A stretch of DNA of 64,000 nt from a virus (taxonomy: Duplodnaviria; Heunggongvirae; Uroviricota; Caudoviricetes). Where the stretch lies: IMG/VR virus record IMGVR_UViG_3300028422_000873. One strand, given 5' to 3'. Positions 9,534 through 18,088 of the stretch are shown here, one piece after another. The notes beneath the pieces were generated by a model. The model saw only the letters and a list, made by a program, of their open reading frames with translations, was not told the DNA's origin and ran no database searches. Position 1 is the stretch's first letter. Each line of letters begins with the position of its first letter. Both the position numbers and the translations under genes were made by a program.

Positions 9534-9635
9534 CTACCTAACCTATACTATATCTACCCTACCTATACCTAAGCACCGATGCACTTCGTGCATCGAAATT
9601 CGTTTTGTAAACAAAACGAAGGTAGGGTTAGGTAG
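9534..9635. other. structured intergenic element (two hairpins flanked by CTACC/GGTAG repeats)
   Basis: CGATGCAC-TTC-GTGCATCG (9577-9595); TTCGTTTTG-TAAA-CAAAACGAA (9599-9620); GGTAGGGTTAGGTAG (9621-9635) complementary to the upstream TACCCTACCT repeats. Confidence 0.65.
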
Positions 9636-9650
9636 TTTTTAGGAAGAAAG

Positions 9651-9899
9651 TTAGTGAGTTAACTTAGTTTCAAAGTTGATTAGAATTTTGAATATTCTAT
9701 ATAAAGATAATTCGAAAAAGGTATCTGCCTCAAAGAACGAAATAGTATTATGATTACAAGGTATGTTGGAGTCATCTATAAATTCTATAGTTGTATCATT
9801 TATTTTACGAATTACTTTATATTTTTTATAAGGTGTTATATTGAATTCAATTTTATATGGAGAGACTATAAAGTCTCCCACGTCAATTGAGAATCTCAT
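9651..9899 (-). CDS. hypothetical protein
   Basis: 82 aa ORF overlapping the peptidase stop. Confidence 0.6.
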   Translation of the reverse strand: MRFSIDVGDFIVSPYKIEFNITPYKKYKVIRKINDTTIEFIDDSNIPCNHNTISFFEADTFFELSLYRIFKILINFETKLTH

Positions 9900-10353
9900 C
9901 TTCTAATTCATCTAAGCAAACGTTAATATCGTCATCGCTTGGACCAGTCGGTAGATATTCATGCTTTGCTCTATTATCCCAGCGAACTCTATGATTTGAA
10001 TCTGTTCTAGAATCAACATGCGTAAATGTATCATATCTTCCAAGACCATTAAAGGATTCGCATGCATCTGCAACTTCACTCTGTGTCATTCCTGATACTG
10101 TAATGTCCGTAGCTGTTCCTTCGCTGTGATATGTATCTGAATCTTCTTTAAATTCTTTACACTTTTCACAAATGTAAGCAGATTCTATTATTATTGGACA
10201 ATCTAAATCATCTCGTAATTTTTGTAGTTTTCTTACATGATCCATGTCGATCTTTACTTCTTTACAGTGAGGACAGGAGCACTCAAATTCTGATTGCCAG
10301 AAGTTTTTAGTTAGTTGTCTTTTTTCACCCTTTTTAAATACTTGTAAATCCAT
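9883..10353 (-). CDS. peptidase M15A family (D-Ala-D-Ala carboxypeptidase-like Zn peptidase; possible endolysin)
   Basis: NFWQSEFECSC, YHSEGTATDI (His/Asp ligands), FTHVDSR (His ligand). Confidence 0.85.
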   Translation of the reverse strand: MDLQVFKKGEKRQLTKNFWQSEFECSCPHCKEVKIDMDHVRKLQKLRDDLDCPIIIESAYICEKCKEFKEDSDTYHSEGTATDITVSGMTQSEVADACESFNGLGRYDTFTHVDSRTDSNHRVRWDNRAKHEYLPTGPSDDDINVCLDELEDEILN

Positions 10354-10436
10354 GATTACTCCATGTAGAGTACAATACGCATGTACTTAAATATATTATA
10401 TCATAGTAAAAGTTTAATAGTAAGTAGAATATAGAT

Positions 10437-11123
10437 ATGGACGGTCACAAATCATATTTACAAAGTATAGGAAACATCCCTCTTTTAACTTTAGAAGAGG
10501 AAATTAAATTGACTAAAAAGATAGCAAAGGGCGATCAAGATGCTAAAAATCGTCTAATAGAGGCAAATCTTAGACTTGTTGTTTCTATAGCAAAACGTTA
10601 TAAAAACAAGGGTTTAGATCTTTTAGATTTAATTCAAGAAGGTAATCTTGGTCTGATTAAGGCTGCAGATAAATTCGAGTATCAGCGTGGATATAAGTTC
10701 TCCACATACGCTACATGGTGGATTCGTCAGGGAATTACACGGGCTATCACCGATAAAGGGAAAACAATAAGACTTCCAGCACATATGGTAGAGTCAATAT
10801 ATAAAGTTATTCAAACAGTTAAACAACTTACTAAAACATTAAATCATGAACCAAGTGATGCTGAAATAGCAAAAGAAATGAAATTATCAATTGATAAGAT
10901 AAAGGAAATTAAGCAGGTATCACAACAAGTGATATCTTTAGAGACTAAAGTTAATGATGAAAATGATGATATGTTATTGAATTTAATAAAAGATGATAAA
11001 ACATTAGCACCAGAAGATGCTGTAATTCGTAAATCAATAAATAACAATATAAGCGACATTGTTTCCTCTCTGTCACCTAGAGAAGAAAAGGTGTTAAGAA
11101 TGGGATTTGGATTACTTCCGTAG
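10437..11123 (+). CDS. RpoD/SigA-like sigma-70 factor, C-terminally truncated (no region 4.2 HTH)
   Basis: Region 1.2 [11 protein letters not shown], 2.1 [16 protein letters not shown], 2.2 [10 protein letters not shown], 2.3-2.4 [11 protein letters not shown], 3.0 IRLPAHMVE; stops at [17 protein letters not shown]. Confidence 0.95.
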   Translation: MDGHKSYLQSIGNIPLLTLEEEIKLTKKIAKGDQDAKNRLIEANLRLVVSIAKRYKNKGLDLLDLIQEGNLGLIKAADKFEYQRGYKFSTYATWWIRQGITRAITDKGKTIRLPAHMVESIYKVIQTVKQLTKTLNHEPSDAEIAKEMKLSIDKIKEIKQVSQQVISLETKVNDENDDMLLNLIKDDKTLAPEDAVIRKSINNNISDIVSSLSPREEKVLRMGFGLLP

Positions 11124-11456
11124 CATAAGCCAAAAACAATAAGCCCAGCAAGAAATACTTAATACAATATCTATAATTGATATAACAGTCCCCATATCTT
11201 GTTTCTGTGGTTTTTTTGCTTCTTTTTCAATGATTTGAATCAATAGATCTTTTAATTCAGAGTTTTTTGTTTCTAGTTCTTTTTCTTTCTTCTTAGTTTC
11301 TTTTAATTCTTTTTTTACTTCTTTGGTTTCTTCTACAACCTTTTCTTTCTCAATCTCTACTTCTTTTTTAATTTTAGCGATTTCTTCTTCAATAGAAGAG
11401 ATTATTTTTTCTTCATCTTCTATTAGAGGTTGTTCAGTGTTATCTGTATTTTCCAT
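11112..11456 (-). CDS. acidic coiled-coil protein with C-terminal TM helix
   Basis: E/K-rich coiled coil then [22 protein letters not shown]. Confidence 0.7.
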   Translation of the reverse strand: MENTDNTEQPLIEDEEKIISSIEEEIAKIKKEVEIEKEKVVEETKEVKKELKETKKKEKELETKNSELKDLLIQIIEKEAKKPQKQDMGTVISIIDIVLSISCWAYCFWLMLRK

Positions 11457-11476
11457 TTTTACTCCGTGATGATTAT

Positions 11477-12859
11477 TTATGATACAATTACTTCATCTAC
11501 TATTTCTTTGAAATACTCTATTCGTTGAAGTGCATGTCTTTTAAGCATACTACTCCCATTTGGTACATAATCAATTATAATACATTCAGTCTTATCTCCA
11601 TAAATTCTTAATCCACGGCCTATCGCTTGTATTACAGGGCCTTTAGAGGCCATAAAATTAGCCATAATAAGTACATCTACTCTTCTAGTATCAGTTCCTT
11701 CGCCTACCTTACCACCAGTTCCTATAAGACAGTTAATTCGTCCCTCATTTAAATCTTTTACATATGATTGTGATTTGCTATCTTTACCTTGAGCAAACGG
11801 ACAACCGATTTTTTTTGCAAGAGCTTCACCATGAGCAACCTCTGCAACGAGACATAATACATTTAATCCCTGATCTCTATAATTAGTTATATCTTCAATT
11901 ATCTGTTTATTCATATATGGATCATTAAGTACGTTTGCTTTATAATTTTTTAACTTATTATCTTTAAAGTCTCCGCCTCTTGTATCTATATTTTTAGATA
12001 TAAAAACCGGCTTAGCTAGATACTTATGTTCTACACCCCATTTAATATCTCTTTTGATTTTAACATCTCCACATCCAGCTGTGATCATTATGTCTTTTCC
12101 ATCTGATCTATAGTCTGTCGCTGTAAGACCAAATATCTTACCTGTGTCACCTAGTGCACTAGCAATATCATAAAATGTATTAGCTGCTATATGATGAACT
12201 TCATCAAATATAATAAGTCCTAAGTTTTCTTCTTTAAATTCATCTAGATTGCGTACAATACTTGCTGCTATTCCTACTGTAATATCTGCTATTTTCTTTT
12301 TGCCACTTCCATATAATGCAACTTTATGTTCACCAAAAGCTTCTTGTAGTGATTCTATAAACTGTTTAGCAATGGATTCACCGGGAACAACAATCAATGT
12401 TTTCTTTTTAATTTCTTTAATGGCATATAGAGCAATAAGGCTTTTTCCCATACCAGTAGCTAAGTTTACAACCCCTCTGTAATGATTTTTCATTATATCT
12501 ATAGCTTCTCTTTGATAATCTCTTGGATCAAAGGCTTTATTTTTCCATGGCAATGAAATAGTATCACCTGTATCTGTTCTTCTATCTTCAAAAGGTATAC
12601 CAGAACGTTCTATATAATGAAAGAGACCAGAGGAAAATACCATATGCCCACCAGGCACTTCTTTCCACATCTTACCATTTGCCTCTTTTTCAAGATCTTT
12701 ATATTGCTGTGTTTTTTTTAAGAAAGGATTTTTAGCCATTCTATTGAGTTGATATAGTTTTGACTTATCTTTAAAAGATAGTAGTTGCTCTAATGAACGA
12801 CGTACAACTAATGATGGATTTTGCAGTAATATTAATTTATTAGTGATTATTGCTTTCAT
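11477..12859 (-). CDS. superfamily 2 DNA helicase (UvsW-like)
   Basis: ATGMGKS, DEVHH, GLTAT, QAIGRGLR; start moved to ATG 12859 because TATAAT lies 6 nt upstream. Confidence 0.92.
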   Translation of the reverse strand: MKAIITNKLILLQNPSLVVRRSLEQLLSFKDKSKLYQLNRMAKNPFLKKTQQYKDLEKEANGKMWKEVPGGHMVFSSGLFHYIERSGIPFEDRRTDTGDTISLPWKNKAFDPRDYQREAIDIMKNHYRGVVNLATGMGKSLIALYAIKEIKKKTLIVVPGESIAKQFIESLQEAFGEHKVALYGSGKKKIADITVGIAASIVRNLDEFKEENLGLIIFDEVHHIAANTFYDIASALGDTGKIFGLTATDYRSDGKDIMITAGCGDVKIKRDIKWGVEHKYLAKPVFISKNIDTRGGDFKDNKLKNYKANVLNDPYMNKQIIEDITNYRDQGLNVLCLVAEVAHGEALAKKIGCPFAQGKDSKSQSYVKDLNEGRINCLIGTGGKVGEGTDTRRVDVLIMANFMASKGPVIQAIGRGLRIYGDKTECIIIDYVPNGSSMLKRHALQRIEYFKEIVDEVIVS

Positions 12860-12905
12860 GTAGCTATTATACTTAATACGAGATAACATTAGGTATCATA
12901 TAAGC

Positions 12906-13490
12906 ATGGATAAAAAATGTATTGAGTGTGGCGAATTATTTAATGCCTATCGAAAGAATCATAATTTTTGTAGTAAGAAGTGTTCTAATAATAATTGGAA
13001 AAGAAGCAATTTAGAGCATGTACGTGAGAAAGAGAAGAAATATCGAGAAATACATAAAGAAAAACAAGCAGTAAATACAGCTAGATGGCGTGAAAATAAT
13101 AAAGAACGCATCAAAATAAATAAACATCAGTATTATCTAAAGAATAAGAAGCGCTTCTTAGAACGTCGTAAAAATAATTTACAAGAGCGATTGAAACATT
13201 CATTGAGAAGTAGATTACATAGTGCAATTAAATATAATACTCATAAAGCTGGTTCTGCAGTTAAAGACTTAGGATGTACATTAGAGGAACTTAGAATACA
13301 TCTAGAATCTAAATGGCAAGAGGGTATGAACTGGGATAATTATGGTTTACGCGGTTGGCATATAGATCATATTAAACCATTAGATGATTTTGATTTAGAA
13401 AAACGAGAAGAACTATTAAAAGCTTGTCATTATACTAATTTACAACCATTATGGGCGAAGGATAACCTAGCTAAAAACAATAAAGTATAA
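12906..13490 (+). CDS. free-standing HNH homing endonuclease
   Basis: N-terminal CIEC...FCSKKC zinc motif; WHIDHIKP...HYTNLQPLWAKDN HNH core. Confidence 0.9.
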   Translation: MDKKCIECGELFNAYRKNHNFCSKKCSNNNWKRSNLEHVREKEKKYREIHKEKQAVNTARWRENNKERIKINKHQYYLKNKKRFLERRKNNLQERLKHSLRSRLHSAIKYNTHKAGSAVKDLGCTLEELRIHLESKWQEGMNWDNYGLRGWHIDHIKPLDDFDLEKREELLKACHYTNLQPLWAKDNLAKNNKV

Positions 13491-13522
13491 AATAATTATT
13501 GATAAACGTTTTAGGAGTTTTA

Positions 13523-13708
13523 ATGAAAATCACTGATGAATTTACATGGTGGTTAGGGAAGAAGAAGGAATTCAACCTTAATGGCGAATACAGTATCGAA
13601 CTAATCTGGATTGATAAGAAGAATAATTCAGCTAAAATCAAAATCACTAATTTAAAAACAAAAGAAATTGTCGAGACTACTACAGAATTGGAGTCTATCG
13701 ATGATTAA
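13523..13708 (+). CDS. hypothetical protein
   Basis: MKITDEF start with GGAG SD at about 13516. Confidence 0.6.
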   Translation: MKITDEFTWWLGKKKEFNLNGEYSIELIWIDKKNNSAKIKITNLKTKEIVETTTELESIDD

Positions 13709-14240
13709 TAAGAAAACAGCAAAATTAATAATGGAGCGTTGGATAGCAGAATTACACACTAAAGATCGCACAGCTGGTAATATAGCTAATAACTTTGATG
13801 AACTATTTAGTGAATGGTATCACGCAGGTATTTCCTTTGAAGATGCTTATAATTTAGTTGAAGAGGCTTTAAAAGCACATTACCCATCTGCCTCTATCGC
13901 CAGAAGAACTTTCAAACTAAAGAAGCAAGAGTGGCATTTAGATAAAAGTGAAAAAGAATTTATAGATGATTGGAATAAAGGTATTAGAGATACTGGACTT
14001 CAAGTATTCTATAATTACTTTCAAATAGATGGTGAAACACCATCTCAACCCCAAGAAAAGAAAACATATGGCAGTATGTCTACAGGTGAATACCTAAAAC
14101 AAAGAAAATACATGGATTCAATTCCAACACTGGATGTTGATTCATTGCCAGAGTTTAAACCAATATCAGAAGATATCTTTGATGATTTCCCAGAAATGAA
14201 TGAAGACAATGACTGTGACGTTGATCTAGGGGAAATATAA
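13668..14240 (+). CDS. hypothetical protein upstream of the helicase (possible loader or replication factor)
   Basis: 190 aa ORF in operon with DnaB-like helicase; true start may be MINKK. Confidence 0.6.
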   Translation: MSRLLQNWSLSMINKKTAKLIMERWIAELHTKDRTAGNIANNFDELFSEWYHAGISFEDAYNLVEEALKAHYPSASIARRTFKLKKQEWHLDKSEKEFIDDWNKGIRDTGLQVFYNYFQIDGETPSQPQEKKTYGSMSTGEYLKQRKYMDSIPTLDVDSLPEFKPISEDIFDDFPEMNEDNDCDVDLGEI

Positions 14241-14241
14241 T

Positions 14242-15372
14242 ATGACTGAATTAAATAAAGAATTACAAGAAGCTATCTTAAAGAATGCTGGAAAATTAAC
14301 AAACTCGGACGCCGATATAGATGTTTCATTAGAAGAGATTGATAGTTTTGGTGATACAGACTCTATTAAAGAAATGTTTACTAGTATTAAACAATATAAT
14401 AGAATGCTACAAGAAAAAATCACTTTTATTAATCCACATCTTACTAAAGCAATCCCCTTTACTAGAGAGAACTTATATTTATTATGCGCATATACGGGAA
14501 ACGGTAAATCCACAATTGCCGCGAATATATCTTATCCATTATGGCAACAAGGTAAAAAAGTATTAGTTATCGCTAATGAAGAATCAAAATCTGATGTACT
14601 ATTCAGAATAGCTTGTTTACATCTGGGATACAACTTTAATCAATATAAGAAAGGAAGCATGCCGGCACCTCAACAAAAAGAATGTGTCAGGCTTTTTCCT
14701 GAAATTTCAAAATATGTTAAGGTTCTAGATGTTGTATATAAAGATGGTCTTACGACAAAATTAGAAGGCATCATAAATGCACTAGAAGCTGTTCAGAATG
14801 CAGATTTTTCATGTTGCCTAATAGATTACTACCAGTTGATTGTAAACAGCGTAGAGGATCCATCTCGTGGTCGATACGATGTATTAAATAAGTTGAGAAT
14901 TTACTTACAGAGATATATTAAGAAATCTAATATTCCGATAGTTTTATTTGCGCAATTGCACTCTATGGGTAAACGTTCAAATGTTGAACTCGATTCTCGT
15001 GTTAAAGAGTGTCCAGCTATTTTGGAAGCTGCTACAGTCGTTATTGAATGTGTACCTAATTTTGACCTTAAGAAAACTGATTTTGCTATTAAAAAAGATC
15101 GCTTTGGATTACAAGGAACAAAAATTGAATGCGGTTTTGAAAATGGTAAATTCGTTAACTATGATGAGGGTTTTAAAAATAAAGTAAAACAAGAGCAGGT
15201 AGATAAATTAGCAAAATCTGTTAGTGCAACGGAAAGGGATAATCCTTATGATGCTGTTATAGCCGCGCAACATACTAAATTAGATGAACTTACACAGGGA
15301 ATAGATGATGATAGATGTAGAGAAATGGAAAAAGGAACAGAAGAGATTGCGAGAACTAGTGAAAACACTTGA
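14242..15372 (+). CDS. dnaB: DnaB-like (SF4) replicative helicase
   Basis: Walker A AYTGNGKST, IANEE, Walker B LIDYYQL, LFAQL, KKDRFG Arg finger. Confidence 0.85.
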   Translation: MTELNKELQEAILKNAGKLTNSDADIDVSLEEIDSFGDTDSIKEMFTSIKQYNRMLQEKITFINPHLTKAIPFTRENLYLLCAYTGNGKSTIAANISYPLWQQGKKVLVIANEESKSDVLFRIACLHLGYNFNQYKKGSMPAPQQKECVRLFPEISKYVKVLDVVYKDGLTTKLEGIINALEAVQNADFSCCLIDYYQLIVNSVEDPSRGRYDVLNKLRIYLQRYIKKSNIPIVLFAQLHSMGKRSNVELDSRVKECPAILEAATVVIECVPNFDLKKTDFAIKKDRFGLQGTKIECGFENGKFVNYDEGFKNKVKQEQVDKLAKSVSATERDNPYDAVIAAQHTKLDELTQGIDDDRCREMEKGTEEIARTSENT

Positions 15373-15667
15373 TAAAAAAACACCTATATCTGAATTACAT
15401 AAATTTAATCTAGAACACCCAGGGACATTAACTACTTTTTGGAGATATTATTATATTTCGCAACCAAATTTTTGTGAATGGTTAGATTTTATGCGAAAAA
15501 AAGATCCAAAGTGGAATGAATATTATAAAAAATGGAGTAGCGAGCAACAAGTTAAACATAACAAATCAGACATAGTTGTTAATAAAGAAGAGGATAATTC
15601 AGAAAAAGAATTAACGATTAAAGAAAGAATAGCGCAGATAAGAGAGAAATATGGCAATATCAACTAA
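15305..15667 (+). CDS. hypothetical protein
   Basis: 120 aa ORF between helicase and primase. Confidence 0.6.
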   Translation: MMIDVEKWKKEQKRLRELVKTLDKKTPISELHKFNLEHPGTLTTFWRYYYISQPNFCEWLDFMRKKDPKWNEYYKKWSSEQQVKHNKSDIVVNKEEDNSEKELTIKERIAQIREKYGNIN

Positions 15668-16517
15668 GCATTGTTTAATATGTAAAAGACCTAATGAGAC
15701 ACTACATTGGCATATTGATAAAGACACTGGGGAAATATGGGTGTGGTGTAATGGAACATGTCAGCGCGGCTATGGTATACATGATTACTGTAATAAAGCT
15801 GGTGTATCCTTAAAAGATTTCCTAAAGGGCAACTTTGATTTTAAAGAATCACAACCAAATACTGTTACAAAAATGGAATGGCCAACTAGTTTTATTCCTC
15901 TATCTGATCCACGTGCTAAAAAGGGTGTAGAGTATTTACAGAAACGTGGACTTAATACATCACATGATTTTTATTACGATATGAATTACGAGGGCATTGT
16001 CTTTCCTATGTATTTTTCAAGTGTTTTTGTAGGGTCACAAACCAGATTATTAACACCATGGATAAATCAAGACGGTGAAGAAACTAAAATAACAACATTA
16101 CCTGGAACCCGCACAGGTCTGTTATTTTGGGGTTATAACGGTGAAACAATTATGACTCATATAAAGGGATTAATTGTTACAGAAGGCGCTCTCAATGCGG
16201 CAAGTATTCAACAGGCATTAAATACTCTATATGGTGGTTTTATTAGAAACCCTTGGAAAGTAATAGCAGCTTCTGGATCTGGTGCATCTCAACATCAACG
16301 CGAAGAACTTAAGAAGTTGAAAGACAAGGGTTACAAAATTATATGTGCATCTGATAATGATCAAGCTGGTTTAAAATGTTTTAAAAAATATGTTGAATTT
16401 GGAAGTTTAACCCACTATGCATTCTGTGATACTAAGGCTGACTGGAACGATGAATTGCAACGCCTAGGTGATATTGAATTTGCAAAATATTTTCTTAGTC
16501 GTGTAAAACCTGTTTAA
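15651..16517 (+). CDS. DNA primase (zinc-binding domain plus TOPRIM)
   Basis: CLIC...H...WCNGTC zinc domain; VTEGALNA and ASDNDQAG TOPRIM motifs. Confidence 0.88.
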   Translation: MAISTKHCLICKRPNETLHWHIDKDTGEIWVWCNGTCQRGYGIHDYCNKAGVSLKDFLKGNFDFKESQPNTVTKMEWPTSFIPLSDPRAKKGVEYLQKRGLNTSHDFYYDMNYEGIVFPMYFSSVFVGSQTRLLTPWINQDGEETKITTLPGTRTGLLFWGYNGETIMTHIKGLIVTEGALNAASIQQALNTLYGGFIRNPWKVIAASGSGASQHQREELKKLKDKGYKIICASDNDQAGLKCFKKYVEFGSLTHYAFCDTKADWNDELQRLGDIEFAKYFLSRVKPV

Positions 16518-16530
16518 GTATAATCCCTAT

Positions 16531-16929
16531 ATGGGTACAAAAGACGATATCTTAGATATGATAAATAAGAAGACAAAGCGAATTCAAGAAATTCGTGAAC
16601 GAACTTCTAGATCAGCTAATTACAAAGATATTGTAATGTCTTTTTTTAAAAATATGGATAAGCATTATCATGATGCAGAATCAGCTAATGATTTAAAATG
16701 TAGATTTAAAAAAGAACTTCAGTTAATGTATTCTAGGATTAGAAGCATTCATCCTCATATTGGTATAAGTGCACAATGGAATACAGATGACGAAAATGTA
16801 GATTGGATACAATTACGAATAGCACGTGTTGTTATTAATACTCCACCGGATGTATCAAAAAAGTTAAATATTCCCGAGCAGATCATAATTGATGAATCAG
16901 ATATATTATTAGAAATTTTAGGGATTTAG
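16531..16929 (+). CDS. hypothetical protein (leaderless)
   Basis: 132 aa; TATAAT 6 nt before ATG. Confidence 0.7.
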   Translation: MGTKDDILDMINKKTKRIQEIRERTSRSANYKDIVMSFFKNMDKHYHDAESANDLKCRFKKELQLMYSRIRSIHPHIGISAQWNTDDENVDWIQLRIARVVINTPPDVSKKLNIPEQIIIDESDILLEILGI

Positions 16930-17681
16930 AACTCTATGTCTTTCGCTAGTATTCTTATGGGATTATCTTCGCATTGCCAATAATAAATATCAACTATTTT
17001 AGATAACCATTTATTAGTGTTGTATTTCTTTATTAAAATCTTATTACAAATCCAGAAATTAAAACGTAGAAGCCAGTTCTTTTGTTTGAATAGTCTTACA
17101 AACATCAGTTGCTTACCAGAAGTCTCTCTTTCCGGAGACATACAGCTAATAATATTCGCAAAAAAGAATATAGGAAAGAATAACCAACTAAGAGATTTCG
17201 TAAACCAATCTCCATTATATAACCAGAAAAACCAGTCTCTTGGGTGGAACTGCATATTTTTCCATTTAGGTGAATCTGGATTTTGATTGTCAAAGCGAAA
17301 CTGATTATCTAATCCAAATTCTGCAATGTCCTTAGAAAAAGGTAAACCTACTAATTTACTAAATCTAGAAATTGCTGTAATATTATCGTGTGAAATCTTT
17401 CTCCTATCTTTTTCATAGAAGATATGAAAAGGATAGGATTCAAAAGCTCCACGATCATATAAACCTGGTAATTGTTTATTTCTTTCTTCTGACCATGTTT
17501 GTAGAAATAAGATTATTCTTTCAAATATATGAATATCCTCTTCTGTTAAAAGATCTTTTTCATATTTAAGTAAATAATAGACAACAAGGAACAGAATTCC
17601 ATTTTCATTTCCTCTTTTTTGCCAAAAAGAAGGGATGGGTTCTAGTTCCATCCCATGTGATTTATTAATGAAGTTTAACAT
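16926..17681 (-). CDS. hypothetical protein at the end of the tail module
   Basis: 251 aa aromatic-rich ORF. Confidence 0.7.
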   Translation of the reverse strand: MLNFINKSHGMELEPIPSFWQKRGNENGILFLVVYYLLKYEKDLLTEEDIHIFERIILFLQTWSEERNKQLPGLYDRGAFESYPFHIFYEKDRRKISHDNITAISRFSKLVGLPFSKDIAEFGLDNQFRFDNQNPDSPKWKNMQFHPRDWFFWLYNGDWFTKSLSWLFFPIFFFANIISCMSPERETSGKQLMFVRLFKQKNWLLRFNFWICNKILIKKYNTNKWLSKIVDIYYWQCEDNPIRILAKDIEF

Positions 17682-18085
17682 TATTCTTCTTTTATAGGTT
17701 TAGGATATTTATCTTTAATAGATTGGATTCTTTGTTTCCAAGCATCAAAATCGTGAAACTGCTCATCCATTTGGTCTTGGATAGAGCCATACTCTTTTTG
17801 TCTATTTTGATAGCATTCTTGTAATAGGAAATCATAATCTTGAGAAAGATCAATTATTTCTATTTCGTATTCAGTAGGATGAAGATATAGGATTTGAGTT
17901 TCATTTTCTCCAATTACTTCTTCTTTTGTTTCAACTCCTTCTAGATGCTCTGGAAGCCAGCGCTCGGATTTACCCCAAGCCCCACTATTAATATTTTGAT
18001 CTAGCCATGTTTGATCTACTTCATTCACTATTCTATTATCAATAATAGAAGAGTCACTAACTTTTGTTACTAATATTCTTTTCAT
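17681..18085 (-). CDS. tail-fibre assembly-like protein
   Basis: C-terminal RQKEYGSIQDQMDEQFHDFDAWKQRIQSIKDKYPKP, a motif typical of small genes after phage fibre genes; directly follows the fibre gene. Confidence 0.6.
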   Translation of the reverse strand: MKRILVTKVSDSSIIDNRIVNEVDQTWLDQNINSGAWGKSERWLPEHLEGVETKEEVIGENETQILYLHPTEYEIEIIDLSQDYDFLLQECYQNRQKEYGSIQDQMDEQFHDFDAWKQRIQSIKDKYPKPIKEE

Positions 18086-18088
18086 CTA

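Noticed and set aside
12906-13490. HNH gene as part of a self-splicing intron or intein
   Set aside because: It has its own promoter, lies between intact divergent genes, and the flanking helicase appears uninterrupted.
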